Source: a virus
Lineage: Duplodnaviria; Caudoviricetes
Virus record (IMG/VR): IMGVR_UViG_3300006872_000016
Location: 1 to 37,911 of that record
Reading direction: 5' to 3' (one strand)
Length of the DNA stretch: 37,911 nt
This document shows positions 1 through 9,359 of this stretch, in pieces (positions within the stretch are counted from its first letter, which is position 1; every line of letters starts with the position of its first letter). The notes beneath the pieces are model-generated. The model saw nothing but the letters and a program-made list of their open reading frames with translations, was not told where the DNA came from and searched no databases. A program made the position numbers and the translations under genes.

Positions 1-189
1 ATGGCGTCGGCGATCGAGCTCGCAGCCACCCGCCCGGACATGACGGTGATCAACGCGGACGGCGTCGAGGTGCCGGCCGCGCAGGCGCTCGCCGAGGCGG
101 ACGCGGCGATCCGGGAGGCGGAGCGCTCGCGCCTGGCGTCGACGCGCTGGCCGCGTGCGCGCTTCAACAGCTAGCCACCGTGGCGTGAG
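1..189 (+). CDS. C-terminal end of a large internal virion protein, probably the gene that starts at 35242 (partial, apparent frameshift near 125)
   Basis: Frame 1 reads ...RPDMTVINADGVEVPAAQALAEADAAIREAE and stops at 172-174. A shifted frame continues PGVDALAACALQQLATVA* to 189, which resembles the AxxAC-type C-terminus I recall for epsilon15-like internal proteins. Confidence 0.55.
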
Positions 190-198
190 GTAATCGGG

Positions 199-489
199 AT
201 GAGCGAGCAAAAGGGCGGGCTGTCGGTGATCGAGACCATCCCGCTTACTGACATTGCCGGCCGGCTGCGGATGCTGGCCGACGAGATCGAGAAGGAGCCG
301 CACGGCGTACGGTCCTGCATCGTTCTGGTCGACTGGATGGGAGAGCACAACGACTACGGCGTCGACCTTCGATCCTTCGGCATCAACGACCCATTGCGCG
401 CGCTCGGCGTGCTCCACGTCGCGGCGTCGGACCTGGCCGCGACCGTCAACGGCGGGCCCGTGGTTCGTGCGGTGAGCCACGATGGCTAG
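199..489 (+). CDS. hypothetical phage protein (96 aa)
   Basis: GAGGT SD upstream, protein-like composition, overlaps the start of the next gene. Confidence 0.7.
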   Translation: MSEQKGGLSVIETIPLTDIAGRLRMLADEIEKEPHGVRSCIVLVDWMGEHNDYGVDLRSFGINDPLRALGVLHVAASDLAATVNGGPVVRAVSHDG

Positions 490-2983
490 AGCGCAGTGCA
501 TCGCGGCAATGAAGCGGGCGATCGGGCGAGACCCGACCGCCAAGGAGCTACGCGACATCGAGGACCGGCTGCGCGCGAACATGCGCGAGCTCGCGGTGCG
601 CGACCCGGTGCGCGCCTCGAGCATGAGCGCCCGCCAGCGGCTCGACGCCGCGGCCAAGCTCGCCGCGCAGCAGCTCGTCGCCGAGGCGGCCAAGGACAAG
701 CAGCGGGTCGCGCTCTCCATCATCGCGCGCCAGCGGCTCGACCAGTACATCAGCGACCACCCCAAGGGGCCCGCGCAGGCGATCGACGATCTCGTCGCCT
801 TCAACCCGCGGAGTACTGCCGGCGTCATGTCGATCGAGACCCGCGCCCGCGCTATCTCGCGCAACGCCGAGCGGCAGCTCGTCGAGCTGTGGGAGCAGGG
901 CGGCGATCGCTTCCTGGGCCTGTTCCAAGATACGGCCGGCCTCGAGACCCTGATCCGCGAGATCCACGGCGAGGACACCGGCAACCCCGACGCGAAGCGC
1001 GCGGCCGAGCAGTGGCACCGCGTGGCCGAATCCATGCGCCAGGCGTACAACGACGCAGGCGGCAAGATCGAAAAGCTCGACGACTGGGGCATGCCTCACC
1101 ATCACTCGCCCGAGAAAGTCGGCCGCGCCGGCCGCGACGCCTGGGTGCTCGAGACCTGGCAGCTACTCGACCGCGACCGCTACCGCAACGACGACGGATC
1201 GCGCATGAGTGACGCGCAGCTCGGCAAGTTCCTCGGGCACGCCTGGCTGTCGATTGCCAGCCGCGGCGCGAACAAGATCGAGCCGGGCCAGTTCCGCGGC
1301 GAGGGCATGCGCGCCAACCGGCACGCCGAGGAGCGGCAGATCCATTTCCGCGACGCCGGCGCCTACATCGAGTACCAGCGGCGGTACGGCGATCAAGGCC
1401 TGTTCCAAGTGCTCACCGGCCATATCCGCAGCATGGCGGCCGACCTGGCGCTCGTGGAAGTACTCGGCCCGAATCCCGATCACACGATGCGCTGGGCGAT
1501 CGACGAGGCGCAGAAGCGCGAGGCCACGACCAACCCGCTCGAGTCGGAGAAGGTCGCCGAGCGCATGCGCGGGATCGAGAAGCTCTACAACGTGGTCGCC
1601 GGCCGCGGCGAGCCCATCGCCGACCGCCGGATCGCCGGCTGGGCGGACGCGCTGAAAAATACGCTCGTGGCGTCGCGCCTGGGATCGGCGATCATCAGCT
1701 CGATCAGTGACGAATCGACGATGATGCTCACCTCGAAGGTGAACGGCATCAGCTACGCGCGCGTGTTCATGAACGAGATCCAGGCGCTCAACCCCGCGAA
1801 TCAGACGGAGCTTAGACTCGCGCGCCGCACCGGGCTCGCGCTCGACACGATGATCGGCACCCTCGCCCGGTTCGGCGACGCCGACCTGGCGCAGCGCACC
1901 GGCCGGATCGCGAATGCGGCGATGCGGGCGTCGGGGCTCAATGCGATCACCGAGGCGCGGCAACGCGCTTTCGGCGTGACGATGATGGACGCGATCGGGC
2001 ACCTCACGCGCACCCGCGGCTGGGGCCAGCTGCACGCCGGCGATCTGCCGATCCTGCAGGCCAAGGGGATCACGCCGACCGACTGGCGGATCTGGCGCAA
2101 GGCGACGCCGGAGGACTGGGGCAACGGCAATCGGCCGCTCACGCCGGATTCGATCGCCGCGGTCGACGACGCGACGATCGAGCGAATCATCGGCAACAAC
2201 GACCCGGCGGCGATCCGCATGGCGCGGCGCGACGCAATGATCCGCCTGATCGGCGTGGTGTCCGAAGAAGTCGATATGGCGGTGATCTCGCCAGGCGTCC
2301 GCGACCGGGCGCGCGCGGCGCTCGGGCAGACTCGCGGCACGCTCCGCGGCGAGCTCGTGCGGTCGGTGTTCCTGTTTAAGTCCTTCCCGTTCGCTATGAT
2401 CGCCCGCCATTGGGGGCGCGCTGCCACCATGAGTGCCGGCTCGCGCGCCGGCTACATCGCGGCGCTTCTGGCGTCGACGACGGTTCTAGGCGCGCTGGCC
2501 GTGCAAGTGTCGGAGCTCGTCAACGGGCGCGACCCGAAGGCGATGGACAATCGCCGCTTCTGGGTCGCGTCGCTACTCAAGGGCGGGTCGCTCGGCATTT
2601 ACGGTGACTTCCTGTTCTCGAGCTCGTCGCAGCATGGCGGCTCGGCGATCGGCTCGCTCCTGGGCCCGGCGGTCGGCCTCCTCGAGGAGGCGGGCAACCT
2701 GACTCAGGGCAACATGATTGAGCTCATGCAGGGCGAGGATCCGAAGTGGGAGGCGGAAGCGGTCAAATTCATCAAGGGGATCACCCCGGGGGCTTCGCTA
2801 TGGTACGCAAAGGCGGCGATCGATCACCTGTTCTTCCAACAGCTGCAAGAGCATTTCAGTCCCGGCTACCTCGGGCGGGTAAAACGCCGGGCGCGGCAGG
2901 AGTTCGATCAGGAGTACTTTTGGGAGCCGGGCGAGGCGCTGCCCGAGCGCGGCCCGGACTTCGAGCGGGCGCTCGGCGAATGA
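482..2983 (+). CDS. large internal virion / DNA ejection protein (833 aa)
   Basis: Long helical ORF with WGMPHHHS, ERQIHFRD, FLFKSFP, GGSLGIYGDF and PGASLWY motifs typical of the last ejection protein of epsilon15/BPP-1-like podoviruses. Confidence 0.8.
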   Translation: MARAQCIAAMKRAIGRDPTAKELRDIEDRLRANMRELAVRDPVRASSMSARQRLDAAAKLAAQQLVAEAAKDKQRVALSIIARQRLDQYISDHPKGPAQAIDDLVAFNPRSTAGVMSIETRARAISRNAERQLVELWEQGGDRFLGLFQDTAGLETLIREIHGEDTGNPDAKRAAEQWHRVAESMRQAYNDAGGKIEKLDDWGMPHHHSPEKVGRAGRDAWVLETWQLLDRDRYRNDDGSRMSDAQLGKFLGHAWLSIASRGANKIEPGQFRGEGMRANRHAEERQIHFRDAGAYIEYQRRYGDQGLFQVLTGHIRSMAADLALVEVLGPNPDHTMRWAIDEAQKREATTNPLESEKVAERMRGIEKLYNVVAGRGEPIADRRIAGWADALKNTLVASRLGSAIISSISDESTMMLTSKVNGISYARVFMNEIQALNPANQTELRLARRTGLALDTMIGTLARFGDADLAQRTGRIANAAMRASGLNAITEARQRAFGVTMMDAIGHLTRTRGWGQLHAGDLPILQAKGITPTDWRIWRKATPEDWGNGNRPLTPDSIAAVDDATIERIIGNNDPAAIRMARRDAMIRLIGVVSEEVDMAVISPGVRDRARAALGQTRGTLRGELVRSVFLFKSFPFAMIARHWGRAATMSAGSRAGYIAALLASTTVLGALAVQVSELVNGRDPKAMDNRRFWVASLLKGGSLGIYGDFLFSSSSQHGGSAIGSLLGPAVGLLEEAGNLTQGNMIELMQGEDPKWEAEAVKFIKGITPGASLWYAKAAIDHLFFQQLQEHFSPGYLGRVKRRARQEFDQEYFWEPGEALPERGPDFERALGE

Positions 2984-3192
2984 AGGGCGGGCCGCGGAAG
3001 TTCCTCGAGGCGATCGCCTGCCTGGTGGCGATCGGTCTGGTCGGCGCCAGCGCGGCGCTGTTGGTCATGCTGGCGACCCCGCAGCCGGTGCAGTCCGCCG
3101 CGCCGTTCCTCGAGCTTTTGGGCATGCTGGGCGCGGGGATCGGCGGCAGCGCCGGCGCGCATTGGGTGCTCGAGCGCCTGGTCGGAGGCTGA
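2980..3192 (+). CDS. small two-TM membrane protein (possible holin or lysis accessory)
   Basis: ATGA overlap with the previous stop; MKGGPRKFLEAIACLVAIGLV... has two hydrophobic segments; lies directly before the endolysin. Confidence 0.6.
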   Translation: MKGGPRKFLEAIACLVAIGLVGASAALLVMLATPQPVQSAAPFLELLGMLGAGIGGSAGAHWVLERLVGG

Positions 3193-3195
3193 GCG

Positions 3196-3648
3196 GTGCA
3201 GCTGTCGCCACACTTCCACCTATCCGAGTTCGAAGTTAGCCAAACCGCGGCGCGGCTCGGGATCCACAACGCGGCACCGCCTGCCGTGGTCGACAACCTG
3301 CGGCGCCTGGCCGAGGCGCTCGAGCGCGTGCGCGCGCACCTGGGCACGCCGATCACCATCACCAGCGGCTACCGTTCGCCAACGCTGAACCGGGCGATCC
3401 AGGGCTCGGCCAAGAACAGCGCCCACCAGTACGGGCTAGCGGCCGATCTCGTGGCGCCGCGGTTCGGCCCGCCGCTCGCGGTGGCGCGCGCGATCGTCGA
3501 GTCGGGCGTCGAGTTCGACCAGCTGATCTACGAGTTCGGATCCTGGGTGCACTTCGCCATCCCGGCCGAGCTCAAGGCGCCGCGGCGCGCGCTGCTCACC
3601 ATCGACCGCAACGGCACCCGGCTGGGGATCGAGGGCGTGAAGTGCTGA
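3196..3648 (+). CDS. endolysin, peptidase M15A family
   Basis: LSPHFHLSEF, ITSGYRS, SAH..G.AAD and WVH zinc-peptidase motifs. Confidence 0.9.
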   Translation: MQLSPHFHLSEFEVSQTAARLGIHNAAPPAVVDNLRRLAEALERVRAHLGTPITITSGYRSPTLNRAIQGSAKNSAHQYGLAADLVAPRFGPPLAVARAIVESGVEFDQLIYEFGSWVHFAIPAELKAPRRALLTIDRNGTRLGIEGVKC

Positions 3649-3968
3649 CGGTCGAGCAGCTCGCCAAGCTCGAGGCCAAGGGGCGCGAGCTCGCCGATCT
3701 GGTGCTCCTCGAGCTCGACACGGCGAAGTGGCCGAGCATGGAATCGAAGGAGGGCCGCGGCGATCGCGTGTGGGTGAAGAAGAACGTCTCGGCGTCTCTC
3801 GTGCTGATCGACCAGATCCAGCGCGTGCTGCGCGCCCAGCCGCTTGAGGCGCCGCCGGCGACGCCGAGCGAGGTGGAAGGCGAGACCGCCGAGGACGTGA
3901 TCGTTCGAGAAGCGGAGGCGCGGGCCGAAGCCATGAGCGGCCGCGCAGGGCGTGCGACGCCGCATTAG
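3642..3968 (+). CDS. terS: probable terminase small subunit
   Basis: LADLVL.E.D...WP...RGDRVWVKKN motif of the small gene that precedes TerL in this phage group; overlaps TerL. Confidence 0.7.
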   Translation: MLTVEQLAKLEAKGRELADLVLLELDTAKWPSMESKEGRGDRVWVKKNVSASLVLIDQIQRVLRAQPLEAPPATPSEVEGETAEDVIVREAEARAEAMSGRAGRATPH

Positions 3969-5574
3969 CTTTCTCGCCTTCTTCCTGATCTGGGCCGATT
4001 ACAAGGGCTGGAAAGTCCCGGCCCTGCACGTCGAGGTATGCAACTGGCTGGAGCGCGTCGCGCGCAACCGCACGCCGGAGGCGGTGCTCGAGGTGTTCCG
4101 CGGCGCGGCCAAGTCGACGATCGTGGCCGTGTTCCAGGCCTGGCTACTCTACGACGATCCCACCTTCCGCATTCTCGACCAGGCGGCCGACGATAAGGTC
4201 GCGCGCAAGCTCTCGCGCGACACGCGCGGAGTACTTCGCCGGCACCCGCTCTGCCGCGGCATGCTGCCGCGCGACGACCAGGCGGCCGAGTCGATCAACG
4301 TGCTCGGCAACCCGGACGAGCGCAACCCGTCCGTATCGGCCGCCGGCGTGATCTCGAACGTCACCAGTGCGCGCGCCGACGCCGCGGTGTTCGATGACGT
4401 CGAGGTGCCGAAGAACATCAGGAGCGACGAGGCGCGCGAGCGCCTGCGCGACCAGATGCAGGAGTCGGTGCACATTCTCGTGCCGGGCGGCTGGCGGCTC
4501 CTGATCGGCACGCCGCACACGCACGCCTCGATCTACGACGAGCACACGGCCGGCGGCGCGCTGACCCTCAAGATCCCGCTACTGCGGCATCACGTGCGGT
4601 ACGAGGCCGACCTAGCGGCGAAGCAGCGCGCGTTCCCTTACAACTTCCCCAACGTGAACCGGGCCGATCTGCTCGTGTTCCTGGGGCCGACGCGCACCGG
4701 CCGGCTTCTGGTGGATGGCGTCGACTACAAGGTCGACCGCGGCGCGGTGATCTTCGCCCAGCCGCCCGGGCAGCTCGTCGACATTTACGCGGGCTCGGCC
4801 TGGCCGGAGCGGTTCGACCGCGAGGAGATCGCCAAGCGCCGGCGGAGCTGCCGCACGCTCAACGCCTGGGACTCGCAATACCTCCTCCACGCGAAGCCGC
4901 TCCATCAGCAGCGACTCGACCCGGCGCGCGTGATCCCGTACGACGTGCAGCCGACGATCGTGGAAGCGAACGGCGAAGTTCGCATGATGCTGGGCGAGAC
5001 CCGGATCATTGGCGCCGCGGCATATTGGGACTGCGCGGTCGGTAAGGTGCGCGGCGACGCGTCGGCGTTCTCCGTGGTGCTGACCAACGAGCGCGGACAG
5101 CTGTTCTGGCACGTGTGCGAGGCGCTCGAGGGCGACATCGATAACCAGTGCCGGCGGGTGCGCGAGATCGTCGAGCGCCTGGGATTGATGGGCGTCCGGG
5201 TGGAAACCAACGGCGTAGGCGGCTTCGTGCCGGCGCACCTCCGCAAGGCGCTCGCCGGCACGGAGTGCGGCGTCGATGAGTACCCCGCGCCGTCGGACAC
5301 GACCAAGGACGAGCGGATCCTAGACGCGCTCGAGGCGCCGCTGTCGGGCCGCTACCTGTGGGCCCACGTCGACGCGCTCGACGTGTTCGAGACTCAAATG
5401 CGTGACTGGCAGCCCGGGGTGCGGGGGCAGAAAGATGATTTCATCGACTCGGGGGCGGGTGCCATTTCCCAAACCCCGATCCGCATAGGTAAGATCCGGG
5501 GGCCCGTGCAGCACGCGCGGCCGCCAGATTGGCGCCCCGATGGGGGCGAGTACGAAATCGAGATCGGGGGGTAG
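3952..5574 (+). CDS. terL: terminase large subunit
   Basis: Walker A-like FRGAAKST, Walker B VFDDVE, coupling motif IGTPH, nuclease acidic residues (YWD, VETNG, DDFIDS). Confidence 0.95.
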   Translation: MRRRISFLAFFLIWADYKGWKVPALHVEVCNWLERVARNRTPEAVLEVFRGAAKSTIVAVFQAWLLYDDPTFRILDQAADDKVARKLSRDTRGVLRRHPLCRGMLPRDDQAAESINVLGNPDERNPSVSAAGVISNVTSARADAAVFDDVEVPKNIRSDEARERLRDQMQESVHILVPGGWRLLIGTPHTHASIYDEHTAGGALTLKIPLLRHHVRYEADLAAKQRAFPYNFPNVNRADLLVFLGPTRTGRLLVDGVDYKVDRGAVIFAQPPGQLVDIYAGSAWPERFDREEIAKRRRSCRTLNAWDSQYLLHAKPLHQQRLDPARVIPYDVQPTIVEANGEVRMMLGETRIIGAAAYWDCAVGKVRGDASAFSVVLTNERGQLFWHVCEALEGDIDNQCRRVREIVERLGLMGVRVETNGVGGFVPAHLRKALAGTECGVDEYPAPSDTTKDERILDALEAPLSGRYLWAHVDALDVFETQMRDWQPGVRGQKDDFIDSGAGAISQTPIRIGKIRGPVQHARPPDWRPDGGEYEIEIGG

Positions 5575-5576
5575 CC

Positions 5577-7182
5577 ATGCCACTTGCCGCGGCCGTAACC
5601 GAACAGCTTTACACCGGGGACGGGGTGTCTACCGGGCCGTATGTCCTGAGCGCCGAGATCGAGGTCGCGACCGACCTTGTGGTCACGCTCGACGGGGTAG
5701 TGACGAGCGCCTACACGGTTTCCGGGATCGGCAACGACGCCGGCGTGTCGGTGACCTTCGGCTCGCCACCCGCCAACGGCGCCGAGATCGTGCTCGCCCG
5801 CGTGGCGCCCTACGATCGCACCCGCTACGACTACCAGCTCGGCAACTTCAAGCCGGACACGGTCGACGCTGACGTCGACCGCGTGGTGATGCTGGTGCAG
5901 CAGCTCGCGACCACGCTGCTACGCGTCCCGCAGCTGCCGCGCGGCAAGACGTCGCTCAATCTCGGCCTCACGCCGGAAGCGAACAAGCTGATCGGCTGGT
6001 CGGCGGATGCGCTGTCCCTGGTCAATCTCACGCCCGCCACCATCACGCCGGCCGCCCTGGTGTTCGGCGCGATCGGTCAGCTGCTCGCCGTCGCGGCCTC
6101 CCAAGCGGCCGCGCGATCGGCGATCGGCGCGATGTCTCAAGCTGACGTCAACACGTCGATCGGAGCGTCCTTCTCCTGGCGCAATGTGCTGGTCAATGGT
6201 GACATGCAGATCGACCAGCGCAACGAGGGCGCGGCGGTCAATCTCGGCACGGCCGCGGGGACGCTGTGCGTGGATCGGTGGTTCGTTCGGTCATTGTCGG
6301 CGCCGTCCGGCACGCTGCAGGCGCAGCGCGGGGGATCTGGCGTCAACGGTCAACCGCAGTACGTGCTGCAGTTTTCCAGATCGGCCGGCACCTATGCCGG
6401 CAACGTGGTCGCGGAGCAGATCGCCCCGTTCGAGGATACCTACCATTGGGGCGGGAAAACCGTCACGGTCTCATGCCTAGTGCGGAAGGGCATCGCGTTC
6501 TCAGGGACCGGCGTCAAGCTGTCCCTAATCTCTGGCGGCGGAAACGCGGGGCATGCCTCGCTCGTTGCTGGAAGTTGGGCCGGGCAAGCGGTGGTGGCGG
6601 CCGTGTCGGCGTACGTCGGCGTCACTCCCGTCCGGCGCTGCCGCGTTTCTCAAGTTGTCGGTTACGGTCACGCTGCCCACGTTCAACGTCCGCGAGTTCG
6701 CCGTGCGCCTGGAGGTCGAGGGCTTTTCGGGGTCGGGGGCCGCGGCCGATTACATACAGTTCGCCGATGTGCAGCTCGAGCAAGGAGGCATCGCGACCGA
6801 GTTCGAGAAAGTGCCGTACCCGATGCAGAAGCTACGTTGTGAGCGGTTCTATGAAAAATCCTATGTTGAGGGCGTGCGGCCCGGGACCGCGTCGACCGAC
6901 GGCGCGCAGCAGCATCGCGCTGCCGGCGCCGGCATCATTCTCGAAACGATCCATTGGCGCTTCCACGCGCCCAAGTACCAGCTGCCAACCGTCACGTGGT
7001 ATTCAACGGTGACCGGCGCGGCCGGCTTCTGCCGCGACATACAGGGCGCGGCTGACGTGGCGGTCACTGGCGCCGTCCTGAGCTCGGGCCTTGTGTCGAC
7101 TGGTAACCCAACGATCGCGGCGGGCGTCGCCGGTCGATTGTATGAAGTCCAGTTTGCATGCGATGCCGAGTATCGCACCTAG
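5577..7182 (+). CDS. tail fibre / receptor-binding protein, split by a +1 frameshift near 6612
   Basis: T7 gp17-like N-terminus (YTGDG..., DADVDRVVMLVQQ). The domain opening with NVLVNGDMQIDQR in the first frame closes with VQLEQGGIATEFE...CERFYEKSY in the second frame (6553-7182). Confidence 0.85.
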
Positions 7183-7187
7183 GCGCC

Positions 7188-7565
7188 GTGGCGGACGAAA
7201 CGGAGATCGCCCGGGTCACCGGGCACGGTGCCGACTGGCTTACCTATGTTGGCGTGCTGGCCGTGTCCGGCTGGGGCGGCGTGGTGTCGTGGATCCAGCG
7301 TCGGCGCAGCGGCGAGGCGCGGCCGTTCTCGTTTGTCGAGCTGATCGGCGAGGTGGCGACCGCGAGCTTTTGCGGGCTTATCGCCTTCTGGCTTTGCCAG
7401 GAGGCGCAGCTCTCGAAGTACCTGACCGCGGCGATCACAGGCGTTGCCGGGCACCTCGGCAGCCGCGGGCTGTTCCTCCTCGAGCGCGCGCTCCTGCGGC
7501 GCTACCTTCCTCCCGAGCTCGCCGCCGAGCTCAGGGATTCACGTGGAACCGGCGAGGCGCCGTGA
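7188..7565 (+). CDS. holin (LydA-like)
   Basis: GWGGVVSWI..., ELIGEVATASFCGLIAFWLC and GVAGHLGSR pattern with three hydrophobic segments; GTG start chosen just after the fibre stop. Confidence 0.85.
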   Translation: MADETEIARVTGHGADWLTYVGVLAVSGWGGVVSWIQRRRSGEARPFSFVELIGEVATASFCGLIAFWLCQEAQLSKYLTAAITGVAGHLGSRGLFLLERALLRRYLPPELAAELRDSRGTGEAP

Positions 7566-7566
7566 C

Positions 7567-7983
7567 CTAGCGCGCGCCGGTGTCGCGCGCCAACTTCCCT
7601 TTCCCGGCCGCGGCGAGTAGCCACGACACCGCGGTCCGGTTCTTGATCTGCTCCGGCATGACGCGCATTACCCGCCAGCCGAGGGCGACCGCGGTGCTGA
7701 TCTTGTGGCAGTCCTCTCGCATGCCAGCCCCTCGAGAGTGGCGGCCGCCGCCTGGGATGAAGCCGCCGCCGTCTACTTCAACGGCCAGCAGGATCGACGG
7801 GTAGGCCAGATCGAAGCGCCAGTCTTTCAGGCCCGCCAGCTGTAGCCGCGCACGCACGCCGGCGCCCGTGCCGCCGGTGGCGATCGCCGCAAAGCGGTAT
7901 TCGCGGCTGCACGGCGGCAGGCCGGCCAGCCGCCCCCACTCCTCGAGGACGGCGGGCCAGTCGACTTTCTGCTTCGCGATCAC
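7567..7983 (-). CDS. Vsr/DUF559-like PD-(D/E)XK endonuclease
   Basis: EYRF...WRFDLAYP...AVEVDGG...GRH...D..K...A...GWRVMR; GTGA overlap with the upstream gene. Confidence 0.85.
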   Translation of the reverse strand: MIAKQKVDWPAVLEEWGRLAGLPPCSREYRFAAIATGGTGAGVRARLQLAGLKDWRFDLAYPSILLAVEVDGGGFIPGGGRHSRGAGMREDCHKISTAVALGWRVMRVMPEQIKNRTAVSWLLAAAGKGKLARDTGAR

Positions 7984-8402
7984 AGCTCGAGCCTCATCTG
8001 TGTGGCCTGGGCGCGAGCGCGGATCCCGGCGCGCCGGTGCGCCGCGTCGTGCCGGTTGTGGCACAGCTGACAAAGCGCCGCCAGGTTGAGGAGCCCGGCG
8101 GCCTCGGGGCGGTGATCGTAGACGTGGGCGCACGTGAGCACGATGCGCACCGGGCCGCGGAAGTTCGACGGCGGGCCGCCGAGCGGGTACTCGCGCGTCG
8201 TGAACCGCACCCGATAGCGCCCCATGCCCAGCTCGCGCCGCGCATACCACGCGCGCGGATTCTCGGGGTGGCGCCACACCTCCCACCCGTGCGGCACGCC
8301 GCACCACTCACAGCAACCGCGGGCGCGGACGAACCGGACGAAGCGCGAGCGGAGCGGCCAGTCGGCCGGATACCGCGCGCGCATTTCCTGTCGGATCGGC
8401 AC
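7980..8402 (-). CDS. HNH endonuclease-like protein
   Basis: MPIR..RYP.DW, CEWCG, IVLTCAH..H, NLAALCQLCHNRHD. Confidence 0.85.
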   Translation of the reverse strand: MPIRQEMRARYPADWPLRSRFVRFVRARGCCEWCGVPHGWEVWRHPENPRAWYARRELGMGRYRVRFTTREYPLGGPPSNFRGPVRIVLTCAHVYDHRPEAAGLLNLAALCQLCHNRHDAAHRRAGIRARAQATQMRLEL

Positions 8403-8404
8403 GG

Positions 8405-8563
8405 CTACGCGGCCGCGAACAGCACGACGGCCACGGCGCCGACGCACGCGCCGCCGAATAGAAGCCCGGCCGCCGCCCGCCGCCCGCCGCGCTCCCACTC
8501 GCGGCGGGCGGCCTCGAACGTGACCGCCGCGACCAGCACGTAGACGATCCCGAGCGCGATCAC
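8405..8563 (-). CDS. small membrane protein (52 aa)
   Basis: GTGA-coupled start, two hydrophobic stretches. Confidence 0.55.
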   Translation of the reverse strand: MIALGIVYVLVAAVTFEAARREWERGGRRAAAGLLFGGACVGAVAVVLFAAA

Positions 8564-8964
8564 GTCGGCGGCGCCTCGCCGCGCAGCTCGCCCGCCAGCG
8601 CGCGTACGCCGTCGGACATTCCCGCCAGCATGGCCGCGGCGCGCTCGAGCAGCTCGGCGGTGCCGGCGAGCTCGGCCGCGGTCTGGGCGGCCGGCGCGCG
8701 CTGCGCCACCATCGCAAGCGGCACCACGGCGAACGAGAGCCGCGGATCGACGACGGGCGAGCGCACGGCCCACGCGTCGAGATTGCGGCGCGCCTGGTCT
8801 TGCGAGCTCGCGAGCGTGGCGAGCAGGAGGTCGCCGCGGTTGCTGATCGCGACCCATGCCAGCTGTACGGTCGAGAAGTCTCCCTCGCGCTGCGCGCGCT
8901 CGAGCAGCGACTCGGGGAGCGGTGCGGGCTCGGGGTGGTGCCCGTTCAGTATGACGCCGGTCAT
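8560..8964 (-). CDS. hypothetical protein
   Basis: ATGA-coupled start with GGAGGGAG SD. Confidence 0.65.
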   Translation of the reverse strand: MTGVILNGHHPEPAPLPESLLERAQREGDFSTVQLAWVAISNRGDLLLATLASSQDQARRNLDAWAVRSPVVDPRLSFAVVPLAMVAQRAPAAQTAAELAGTAELLERAAAMLAGMSDGVRALAGELRGEAPPT

Positions 8965-9359
8965 GCTTGCTCCCTCCCTTCTACGCCGCGCGCCTCGCGC
9001 TCGAGCGTGCGGGCGTGCAGTTGCTCGAGCGCCCACTCGACGTGCGCGAGCGCCCGATCGTTCTCCTTGCATGGGTACGGCCCCGCCTGGAAGCAGCGCA
9101 GCCGGTCGGCCACGATGGCGAGCAGCGCCTCATTCGTCACGCCGTTGACGCCGTTTTCCGGCACGCCGCCGCACTGGAACAAGATCGCCGTGTCGCCGTC
9201 CGCCGTGATTGCGATCGCGTCGCCTACGTCCGGGTGCCTGTGAGGCTCTCGAATCGCTATGCGGTAAAGGTGTGGCGCGCCCCCCGGGCCCAATTCCCCG
9301 GCGCGGATGGTCGGCGCCAGCGCCTCGAGCCTGTGCTTGTGTTCTGTGATCTCTCTCAT
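8961..9359 (-). CDS. tad1: Tad1-family anti-defence nucleotide sponge
   Basis: APHLY...ILFQCGGVPENGVNGVTNEALLAIVADRLRCFQAGPYPCKENDRAL..VE.AL..L..RT..REARGVEG matches the Tad1 signature as I recall it. Confidence 0.85.
   Translation of the reverse strand: MREITEHKHRLEALAPTIRAGELGPGGAPHLYRIAIREPHRHPDVGDAIAITADGDTAILFQCGGVPENGVNGVTNEALLAIVADRLRCFQAGPYPCKENDRALAHVEWALEQLHARTLEREARGVEGREQA

Noticed and set aside
5577-7182. Diversity-generating retroelement, as in BPP-1
   Set aside because: No reverse transcriptase (YxDD) ORF and no TR/VR repeat pair differing at adenines was seen.
7560-7572. Bidirectional terminator between the convergent late and early operons
   Set aside because: The stops are 1 nt apart and no hairpin with a U-tract is visible.
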